Source: Salpingoeca rosetta | Lineage: Eukaryota > Protista > Choanoflagellata | NCBI GenBank assembly: GCA_033442325.1 | Contig: JAWQFM010000015.1 | Coordinates: 1,229,904-1,271,418, forward strand | Direction of reading: 5' to 3' | DNA length: 41,515 bases | Shown: positions 15,205 to 25,915 of the stretch, piece by piece | Numbering within the stretch: position 1 is the first letter of the stretch | How the letters are laid out: every line of letters begins with the position of its first letter | Program-made: the position numbers and the translations under genes | Notes under the pieces: generated by a model | Databases searched by the model: none | Told to the model about the DNA's origin: nothing | Seen by the model: only the letters and a program-made list of their open reading frames with translations

Positions 15205-16584
15205 TCAGTGGAGCATGCTGAGGGCGTGGTCGGGGGACGGCGCGAAGAACGCGTCAAGCGACGTGCTGGCGCCGAGATCCGGCAGCGCGTCCGAGGACAT
15301 GAGCAGCTCGTCACGCCGGTCAAGCTCGTCAAGGATGCTCATGTCAATGTCGTCGCCGTCGCCGTCAGGGCCCGCGCCAAACAACATGTCAAACTTGCTT
15401 TGCGCGGCCGCATCGCCCCCGTGCTCGTGCTCGTGGTGATGGTCGTGGTGGCGGCTGCCGTGATTGCTGCTGCTATTGCCGCCGTTGCCGTTGCCATTGT
15501 CGATGCTGTTGCTGCTGCTGTTGGCGCTGGCATGGCTGCTGCTGTTGTTGTTGCCGCCGCCGCGGCTGCTGTTGCTGCTGCTGTTGCTGTTGCCCGCGGT
15601 AGCGTTGGTGTTTGCGGCTGGCGCCGGGTTGGCGGTGTCGGGATGGTGCGGTGACAGGAGATCGAGGTCGCCCAGCACATCGTTCGCGTCTGCACCCACG
15701 TCGATGATGCGGGGGTTGCCACGCAGCGTGTTGACCGGTGACGGGGTCGTGTTTGGGTCCGCGTGCGGGGACACGTGCGCGTGGCTGTCGTCATCATCAC
15801 CGCCGCCATTGCCGCCACACGTCTCGTCAATGCGCTGGTGCATGACGTTGAACGACGGGGAGGACGACGCAAACGCAGACACGGACGCCGGCGGCGTTGT
15901 CTTGGTGGACTTGCTCGCCCGCACATACGGGTTGTCATCACTCACATGGTGGAACCGGTCGTTGTTGAACGGAAACGCACTGCGTGTCGGCACCTGATGC
16001 AGCGAATTGTGTGAGTTGGGGGGGGGGGGGGTTGGGCATGGTGAGAAGGAGATGATGTGCAAACACGGGCATGCAACACTCCACACATCACACGCAAAGT
16101 ATGCATACACAACGCACACAAAGTATGCATACACAACACACACACATACACATACACAACACAACACAACACAACACAACACACGCAGGGGGGGGGGGGG
16201 GCGAGAGGACGTGGCACCGGACCTGTGTGGAGGGCATTGCAGACCACGAGTAGGACGGCGCGCGGTGTGCGCTGGCGTCTGTTGGGGTGGATGCCTCGCA
16301 GAAGACATGGCTGTGGCGGCGGTGGTGGCTGGAGGGGCAGTGTGGCGGCCCGATGAACGAGGGTGTCGGGCCAGCGTGAAGCACGGACGACGAGGACGAG
16401 GAGTGGCGCTGTGGCGATTGGCGGCATGGTGGTGATGATGGTGATAGAGGGATGTGGTGATGGTGGTGAGGTAGAAGGGGGGGGGGGGAGTAAGATGTGG
16501 AATAGGAAGCATTGAAGTGCCAAGGTCGACCTTCAGGTGAGCGCAGCTTGCACTCACACACAAACACAAACACACACAAACACA

Positions 16585-16633
<49 letters not shown>

Positions 16634-17603
16634 CACACAACACACAACACACAACACACACCACACGCACACACACCTGGTGTGCCGCGCCGGCGTGAGT
16701 CTTCGCCTCATCATCAATATCCATGCTGGACGACGACAAGTGTTGATGATGCTGATGGTGCTGGTGCTGCTGGTGATGATGACGATGATGATGAAGGTGC
16801 TGGTGCTGGTGGTGGTCGGGTGCGAGCGCTGGTGCTGTTGCTGTCGGCGGCGGTGATGACGAAGATGCGCCATGCATCTCGCGATGCAAGGCCTCATCAA
16901 TCATGCGCGCCTGGTCCGTCAGCCGCTGTCGCTCCAGCCGCAGCTGCTCAATGCGCGAGTGCACATCGCTGCTGCCGGCGCCACCGGGAGGCGAGGGCGA
17001 CGACGGGCGGTGGTGGGAGCGCGGATCTGGCGGCCGTGGTCATTGGCGGTGATCGGTGGTGAGGGGGGAGGGCAGACAGGGGCAAGAGATGCAGGGTGCA
17101 AGCAACGATGGGTGACAGGCCCCATCAGCAAACACACAAACAGACAAACACACACACACACACACGCACACACACAATGCACACACACAATATACACACA
17201 GCATACATACGCACACACACACAACACACACAACATACACACACCTTCCCAGGTGGTGGCCTTGTTGACGTGGTCGACAAAGTACGGCTTGCCGCTAGGG
17301 GTGAGCACCATCTCCCAGCCAGCCGGCAGCCCATCTGCCTGTGCCGGCGACGCGTTGCTCTGCCCGGGCTGCGTTGGGCGGCCAGGGTACGGGCGGTGGG
17401 TGCGCGGGTCGAGCCACGTCGTTGTCTTGCGGCGCTCGCTGGTGGTGGGGGATGGAGAGTGTGGTGGGGATGGTGTTGGTTGAGTGAGGGTGAGGAGGGA
17501 GCGAGGAAAGGAAAGGAAGGAGGGCATGTGTTGTCGCTGAGAGAGATTGTGTGCTATTTGTGTGTGTGTGCATGGACAAGCAAGTCGACCGAGCACAAGG
17601 TCC

Positions 17604-17688
<85 letters not shown>

Positions 17689-18394
17689 CAAAGCATGTGC
17701 GAGAACTGACTCGATAAAGTAGATTGCGCCAACAGGGGTCTTGCCGACGGACCACCCGGGCGGGAGATCAGAAAACTCCGCATACAGGTCGCCCGTGCTG
17801 TCGTGACGCGTGATGGGGCCGTCCCACGAGCTCAGCGACCAGCTGCTGCTGCTGCTGATGGTAATGATGGTGGCAATAGTGATGATGATTGTGTGAGTAG
17901 GAGAATTTGGCGATTGTGGCAAGGGTTTGGAGAAACGCACGAGCGAGCATCACCCAACGCCTCTCGACACACACACACACTCACACACACACACACACAC
18001 TCTCTTACTGTGATTTGCCGTGGGCGAGGTCGTATGAGCGCTGCCGCTGATGGAACGCAGAGTGCGACTGGCGAGATGATGATGATGATGAGGAGGCAAG
18101 GAGCAGCGAAACGTGTCGTCAACTCAGTGGGGTTTAAGTCAATGGAGCAAACACAGACACAGACACACAGACACACAGACAGACACGCACACACACACAG
18201 ACAGACACGCACGCACACACACACAAACACAAAAGCACAGCAGCGGCGGGCGTACAGTGTGGTGCGTCTTGAGATGGGCAAAAGGGTCCGAGCGGTGCTG
18301 TGATCGCGAGCGGCCGTCAATGCGTTTGCCTGATGGGTGGCCATGGTGGTGACAAGGGGCATGGAGCAAAGCGCATGTGATGACGCATCGTGGT

Positions 18395-18433
<39 letters not shown>

Positions 18434-18885
18434 GCGAGGGTAGGAAACGAGCACGCATGCATGACACCAAGACATGACAAGACAGCCACGCGGATCGATT
18501 CGAAAGACAATCGGGCTGTTAAGACGGTGAGCGGTGCACTCAGCTACTCGATTTCCACAACTCTAGACGAATCCTTGTTCGACCTTATTAGCGGTGTTAG
18601 TGACTTTAAGTCACATTTACCTGTGTCATCGCTACGTAAGCCAACATCCATCAGCCTTGGGCTAAAGAGGCATACTGGGTTATGGCTCCAGCAGCACTGC
18701 GCTTCGCGTCTAGCTAAGGTTATAACCTCAGGTAGTGTGGGCACCAGATCTGTCGAAACGCCTTCGATAACCAAGAAACACCATCCGCTTGCTCGCCACT
18801 TCGTTGGAGTTGTGATCGGCACGCTGTCAAATCTAGTGATTACTACCTGATGCTCCCTAAGAGGTCGTGTCTTAGAGAATTTCTC

Positions 18886-18924
<39 letters not shown>

Positions 18925-19366
18925 GCAGGTGGAAACGAGCACGCATGCATGACACCAAGACATGCAAGACATGCAAGACATGCAAGACAGGTAAGACACT
19001 ACGCCATGCATGCGCACCTTTCTTCATGCGCGGGTCTTGTGTCTTAGCAGCTTTCACGGCTGAAGACGGCAGCACGCGCGCGTGTGTGGTTGGACTGTGC
19101 GTCTGGCCAGGCAAGAATGGTGACGTCTGCTGGTGCTGCTGCTGCTGTTGCTGCTGCTGTGGGTGATGGTGCTGGTGATGATGGTGGCTGATATCGGCCG
19201 GGCTGGTTGCAGCCGCGTTGCCACCAGCCCTCGACTCGGCGGCATCGCGCTTACGGGAGGGCGTGCCCGCGGTCGGGGAGCGAGGCGTAACTGGGGTGAG
19301 CTCGTGCGGTGATGGCGGCAGACTAGAGCTGTCCAGCTGGTGCCGGAGGAAGTTTTTCACATCCAT
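15205..19366 (-). CDS. Yorkie/YAP-like transcriptional co-activator: two WW domains, coiled coil, several HxRxxS sites, acidic C-terminus
   Basis: Exons 19366-19018, 18329-18256, 18046-18009, ~17854-17711, 17438-17245, 17026-16677, 16408-16223, 15993-15205, all in phase. WW1 [32 protein letters not shown]; WW2 [32 protein letters not shown]; coiled coil RIEQLRLERQRL; LATS/Warts consensus sites HTRQRS, HHRPSS, HQRHSS, HHRRHS; acidic end DDIDMSILDELD..DALPDLG. Confidence 0.78.
18481..18887 (+). ncRNA. Putative structured RNA / foreign insert of unknown family in intron 1 of the Yorkie-like gene
   Basis: High-complexity, TA-containing sequence unlike the neighbouring introns, with about ten nested stems found by eye (listed under findings). 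G-U pairs favour the + strand. No family recognised and no expression evidence. Confidence 0.5.
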
Positions 19367-21328
19367 GGCGACGGCGGTGGCGATACAATGCGATGCGATG
19401 CGATGCGTGCAAGCACACTACAGCGGCCAAAACGGCGTGCGCTTGCCTGTGGTCTTGCTTGGTTTGCTGGCTTGCTGTCTTGCGTGCTCTGTGCGTGGGG
19501 TGGACGTGGGCTGGTATTGGGGGAGCGGGCGATCAGACGATCAGGTGAAGATGGGGAGACGGTGGTGTATTTGCTTGGAGCTGGTTTGGGGGGGGGGGAG
19601 GATCAACGGGCAGGCTTCCGGCACGACCTCGGGGTTGCTTCTGTAAAAACCCGCCACATACACAAGAGAGGGAGAGAGAGGGAGAGAGAGAGGGAGGGGG
19701 GGGGAGGAGGGGGAGGAGAGAGGAGATGTGGCAACACAACACGCACCACAGACCACACACAGACCGCACACACACGCACACGCGCAGCAAATGGAACACG
19801 ACAAGCGACAGCGACCACAACGATGACAGCAACAGCAACAACAACAACAACAAAACAAGCGGGAGGGATCGGTGAGCGAGGTGGTCGATATGCAGGGCAT
19901 GCCATGTCACCCGAGCCCCTCACCGCGCGTCCACGTCACCAACACTTTGTCATGCACCCTCACGCCATTCCCATGAACGGTTACGGCAACCGCACGACGG
20001 CAACCACCACACGGAGTAACAAAGACACAGACACAAAGACGAGAGGCAGCGAGAGACATTCAGGACACGCAAACAAAGCAACACGGTGACCAATATGGAT
20101 GACACGGTTGTCGCACGAACCCCGGGCAACGTCAACAAAGGCGTGCGCGCGCGTGCGGAAAGAAAGAAGGCAAGTTGGAGAGGAACAAACGACAACGACA
20201 AGGACGAGAGAAAAGGGTGACAAGCCAAGATGCGTGCCGTGGGAACTCGGTTGGTGGGAATGGAAAAAAAAATGGCACTTACCACTCGAGAAGGACGGCA
20301 AACCAATAATGAAGTCGGTGTTGTCGCTGGTGCTGGTGGTGCTGGTGGTTGAATGTCAGCACGTCAATAATGCCGGTGGTAGTAGTGGGTGGTGGTGGAG
20401 GTGGTGGCACGAACCTCCCGGTCAGGGAAATGACGAGGGATGTGTGGGCTTGGAAGGGTTGGATGGAAGATTGATTGATGGCAATGATGACAGCAAGGTT
20501 TTGGTGTGTTCGTGCGCGTGTTTTGGTTTGATCCACAGCTCCCTGATGGGGATGAGGATGACGACGACACCTGCTTCTCACAACCGCCCGTTTCGGCTGC
20601 CGCTGTTGCTGTTGCTGTTGCTGACCACGACGATGACGAGGGTGATGGCCAGGGCTAAACCCAAATAAAGCAAGAGGCGCAAAACGCTCGAGCGGAGGAA
20701 GCCCCAACGCAAGGCAGTCTGTATCAAGACGCAACCCAACAAACAACACACGGGCACGCACAGCTGCTCGTCGGCAAACACCACACACGCACTTCTTCTT
20801 CTTCTTCTAACCGTTGTGGGTGGGTGTTTGGGGGGCGAGGGGAGGACAAGGGAGGCGGGGGTGAGCGAACGCACAATGAAGGCAGCAGCGAAGGCACGAA
20901 ACAAGCAAGCAAGCAAGGCTGACAGCACAAGCAAGCAACGCCAGCCAGACAAACAAACAACAACACAAAGCGGTGTGAGGACTTGCCGATGAGGCTGAGG
21001 AATAGTGGTTGGTATCATTAGCAGATTTTCTCTGCACGCGCGTGTGTGGCGTTTTCAGCAAGACAACGCAACAAAGGGGAAGAAAAGGCATCAGCAGCAG
21101 CGTGTGATCATCATCAGTGCAGCCACGAGGCAACGGGAGGAAGGGAACAGGAGGAGAACAAGCCGAAGCACGAGAAGGAGAAGGAAACCAACCTTCTTGA
21201 AGGTTGAGTGGCTGACGCGTGTGAGAAGGGGGAAGGAAGTTCACATCATCACATCACTCATCTGTCTGTGGCTGACGTCATTGTTCCGACTGAGAAGCAC
21301 AAGGAGCCACACCTGATACCCCATCACC

Positions 21329-21768
21329 ATGCAATCCAGTGCACGTGGTGTGGTGCGGCACCTGCTTGCAGCGCGGGCACGTGCCCCTTGCAGCATCAGC
21401 AGCAGCACGACAGCAGCAGCAGCCGCGGCAGTAGCAGCAGCTGCTGCACGAAGAACGCTGGTGACAGCATCAGCGTCGACAACAGCAGCATCGGCAAGGG
21501 CCGCCGCCGCCATCGCTGGCAATGGCGTGTGTAGGTCTGCGTGGGCGCAGCTGGCCCTGTCGAGCCGGCGCAGCCTCGCAGCCCAGGCCAAGAAGAAGAA
21601 GGATTCCAGCGGCCTGGGCGGCATCATCGCCGCCGCCACCGCGGGTGCCTTTGCCCTCACCACTGCCTTTGGCATCTACACCCTTGGTGTGTGTGTGTGT
21701 GTGTGTCTGTCTGTGCGTTTGTGTGTGCGTTTGTGTGTTTGTTTGTTGGCGTGTGTATGTGTGTGTGT

Positions 21769-21806
<38 letters not shown>

Positions 21807-22800
21807 GTGTGTCTGTCTGACTCCCGTGTCTATCTCTCTGTCTGTCTCTCTGTCTCTCTCTTCTTTGTCTATCTCTCTCCGTCCGTCCGTCCGTCTGTCT
21901 GTCTGTCTCTATGCCAATGTGGCAACTCGTGTGTGCGCGCGGTCCGGGCCGTGCTGACATGTGTGCACTGTCTCTTTCTGTTGCAGGTGCACCCGAGCCC
22001 GTTCCACCAACGGAGCCTGGTCAGCCAGCACCCCCAGAGCCAGGTGGGTTGCGTGTGCGTCTGTTGTTCACGTGTCACGATGCCTCCCTCCCTGTCCTTG
22101 TGCCTCTGGCACTGGCACTGACATGTCCTTGTGCATGTGTGCAGACATGTCGCCTTCCGCTTGGGTGTCGCGCGCCTGGAAGAACGCACACCAGGTGTAC
22201 CAGGTAAGCAGCGCTGCAAGGTGCAGTGCAGTACAGTACAGTGTAGTGCAGTGCAGCACAGTGTAGTGCAGTGCAGCACAGTGTAGTGTCGTGTAGTGGA
22301 GTGGAGTAGAGTGTAATGGAGTGGAGTAGGGTACTCTATTCTGTGCTGTGCCGTGCTGTGATATGATGTGCTGCTCGAAGCTGTGCTGCGTCACAGTTAT
22401 GTTGGTGTGTGGTGTTGAGCAAGAGAGGCTAGCCACAGCGAGTAGCGTTCACGTGCCCGCCTCGTACACGGAAAACCACATGTGTCCCTCCAACTTTTTC
22501 TCCCTCGTAGGACAAGATGGACCCAAACCCCGAGCCGCTCCTGCCAGATATTCTGCCGTACCCGTACCGCGCATCAGACTACACCATTGTCCTTGATCTC
22601 GAAGACACCCTCCTCCACACAGAATGGACGGTGAGGGCTGGACACGGTGTATGTGTTGTGTGGATGTGGTGTGTGTGTTTGTGTGGATGTGGTGTGTGTT
22701 TGACATGAGGAGACAACGACAGCCGTTCTTCCCCCTTTTGATGCTCATGCGACCATTCATCCTCTATCACCATTCACGCACACACGCACACACACACACA

Positions 22801-22832
<32 letters not shown>

Positions 22833-22833
22833 T

Positions 22834-22886
<53 letters not shown>

Positions 22887-23022
22887 GTGGAGGAGCAGAC
22901 AAAGGCAGTCAAGCAATAGAAGGATCGAATGCAACAGCCGGGATTGGACGAGTTCCTGATCACGTGTTACCAGCTCGGCTTTGAGGTGGTGGTCTTCTCC
23001 GAGAAGGAGGTCATGAATGATG
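21329..23022 (+). CDS. TIM50: Mitochondrial import translocase subunit TIM50, 3'-truncated
   Basis: Exons 21329-21686, 21987-22043, 22145-22203, 22511-22630, ~22938-23022: Arg/Ala/Ser-rich presequence, TM segment, then EPLLPDILPYPYRASDYTIVLDLEDTLLHTEWT..PGLDEFL..FEVVVFS (FCP1/NIF-like domain with non-catalytic DLEDT). The rest of the domain is absent. Confidence 0.85.
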
Positions 23023-23126
23023 GTTGGTGGTCCGTGTGCGTCATGGATGAAAGGGAGTTTGGTCATTGGCGGAGCAGCACACTGCTTTGCACGGTGCAAG
23101 CGCATACACACACACACACATGCTTA

Positions 23127-23339
23127 CTTTGAGCAAGTAGAGGGCGACGATGCAGACGAAGCCGAGGAGCAAATCCGGCACGCTGTTATGTGGTAACATG
23201 AGGTAAGTTGGGGTGCACGCAGTCACAGTGGTCACATGACGTGCGCGCACAGGAGGAAACGGCACGTTTGTCGCGACATACATACATACATACATACATA
23301 CATGCATACATACATACATACATACATGCATACATACAC

Positions 23340-23371
<32 letters not shown>

Positions 23372-23474
23372 GTACATGGTGTGGTTGAGTTTGCGAAACG
23401 TGTCATACACGCATTGCGTAAACGGTCGGCGTACACCGCGCAGTCCAAAGAGGTGCTGACATGTGCGTATGTGC

Positions 23475-23538
<64 letters not shown>

Positions 23539-24950
23539 ACGTGCACAAACAGTGGATGTGAATGAAGATCAAGACAGGGGTACATGCACACGCACAACTC
23601 AGGCACTGGAAGCAGTCAGCACGTGCACACGTGCGTGAACATGACGGTGGCCCACCTTGACTTGGCCAAAGCCGATGGTGATGGCAGCGGCGGAGGTGAA
23701 GCCAGAGATGACGGGATATGAGATGAAGTCCACGATGAACCCTGAGATCAATGGCCATTGCGTGCACGTGGAAGATTGACGTGTGTGAATGAATTGTGTG
23801 TGCGTGTGTGCATGTCTGAACGTGTGCACATGTACACGTGAGGCAGCAATAACTTGAACTGCATCCATGGCAGCGCCACCACCACCACCACCACCACCAC
23901 TGCAACTGCGTACCGAGGCGCAGCAGCCCCATGCCAAGCTGGATGACGCCAGCCATGAACGTGAGGAAGATGGCGTGGGCCGGGACCGTCTTTCCGTCCA
24001 CCTGATAAGCACGTGTGCAATGTTTGATCAGGCATGAGAGCAGCGTTGCTGGCTGTGCAGCTTGCCACAGACAACAGCGCGACAACTCGGCGCCACATTT
24101 GCACGTGCTCCACGTACGCACACACGCACACACACACGCACACACACACACACACACACAACCATGCACAGACTTGATCGGAGTTTGACGCTGTGAGGAG
24201 AGACATGATGGCTGTTGGGCCAAGGGTGATGTCTTTGGCCGTGCCGAGGAACACGTACACGAAGCAGCCCATAAACGCAGAGTACAGGCCATACTGCACC
24301 AGCCACAGATGAATGGACAGGCATGATTGTCAGCGTCATCATCACCAATGCGCAATGCCGCCTCGTGCAACACACACACACACACACGCACACACACACA
24401 CACACACGCACACGCACACACACACACACACGCACACGCACACACGCACGCACGCACACTTACACACACAGATTGTGCTACCTGCTCGTCAAGGCCGGCG
24501 ATGCTGGCGTATGCCAATGCTTGTGGCACGACCATCAGGCCGACTGTGAGCCCGGCGATGAAGTCATTGCGTGCCTGTTAAACACGTGATGAAGGAGAAA
24601 AGAAGAAATGGGGAGGCACATGGAGGAATAGACACGTGGGTAAGGTGACAGCGAGCATCTCAGCGCGCAGAAAGGCTTGCACAACCCACAACCCAAATCG
24701 CCACACAGTTGCAACAGCACACACTTGCACACACTTGCACACACTTGCACACACTCGCACACACATGCTAACACACGCTCACACACGCAAACACACACAC
24801 ATCCGAACACACGCACACGCACACACACACGCAAACACACACCTTTGATAGCGTGTATTTGGGAAGCCATCGAACAATCGGCACAAGCGACAAGGCATAG
24901 TCACCAGCAAGCCCAGCAAACGTCCGTTCCCGCTCGTACTCCAACGCCAT
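23127..24950 (-). CDS. SLC26A11: SLC26/SulP sulfate-anion transporter (SLC26A11-like), 3'-truncated
   Basis: Seven exons from ATG 24950: [130 protein letters not shown]. Later TM helices and the STAS domain are missing. Confidence 0.9.
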
Positions 24951-25915
24951 GACAGCATGCAGTGAGATGTATCCGTGCGCACTGCTAATGGTGGCTGCTC
25001 GTCGATGTCTCCCAGCACACCAAGCAAACACGTTGCCCGTTCCCACCACCACCACAACACCACAGCCTTCTTCACTTTGTCTTCAGCTGTCTTCCTCCTC
25101 CAAGCAAGCAACAAGCGCGCTGTTTTTTCTGCTGATTCAGCACTTTTTCGTGGCTGTCACCCATTCGCCCCTTCGTGCGTCACCCAAAGGAATGGTGACG
25201 TATACGTTTTCTACTGAAAATATACACAAATCATCTTCCCGCACTCAACCCGCGCAAGTGTGTGTGCGGCAAGCTGTTGTTTTTCTTTCGTGCTGCTTCT
25301 CATGCTGCTGCTGTCACTGATTTGCGACCAAAGTGTCCTGTCTTTTTGAGTGTGGTGTGTTGTGTGTGTGCTTCTGCTTCTTCTTCCTTCTTCGTTCCCC
25401 CTCCTTCGTCTCGCCCTGCCACTGCTGCCACCACCGCCTGCTGCTCGTTCCTTTTTCGCTTCCCCCCTCTCTCCTCTTTTTGGTGTGGTGTGGCTTGCTT
25501 GGGCCGGGTCACCCCCTCTCTCTTCTCTCTCTTCTCTCTCTTCCCTCCTTTCCCCTTTCTTCCTTTTGTTGTTGTTGTTTTGTCTCATCTCTTCCCCTCT
25601 CTGCCCGTGCCCTCCTCACATCCCCCCCCCCCTTTGCTCTTCCATCAACGCCTCGTTTTTGATCACCCCATCTGTCCTTTCCTTCGTGTGTGTTCGCACC
25701 GGTCCACTTCCCATTCATCCAAGTTCCATGTGGTGGTGTGGTCCGTGGTGATAAGCCACACGCTCCCCTTCCCCCCTCCTGTTGTTCCCTCCTCTCCCCT
25801 CGTTCTTCTTCTTCGGCTCTTTTCTCTCGCACTTTCTCTTTCTCTTCCCCACCGGGACTCAACGCCACATCCTCCTCTCCGCTCACAAGCTTCCCTTCCC
25901 CAAGAACCAACAACG

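Noticed and set aside
18855-18860. CCCTAA as a telomerase template in the 400-nt element
   Set aside because: Only one repeat unit, partly sequestered in a hairpin; a template needs about 1.5 repeats.
18377-19017. Overlapping 157-aa ORFs on both strands across the 400-nt element
   Set aside because: Both start in or run through microsatellites, codon use is unlike the host genes (many CTA/TTA/ATA), and no domain is recognisable. The RNA-structure signal is stronger. A BLASTp search would settle it.
15205-19366. Salvador or Kibra identity for the WW protein
   Set aside because: No C-terminal SARAH or C2 domain; the coiled coil is followed by a long acidic tail and there are multiple HxRxxS sites, which fits YAP better.
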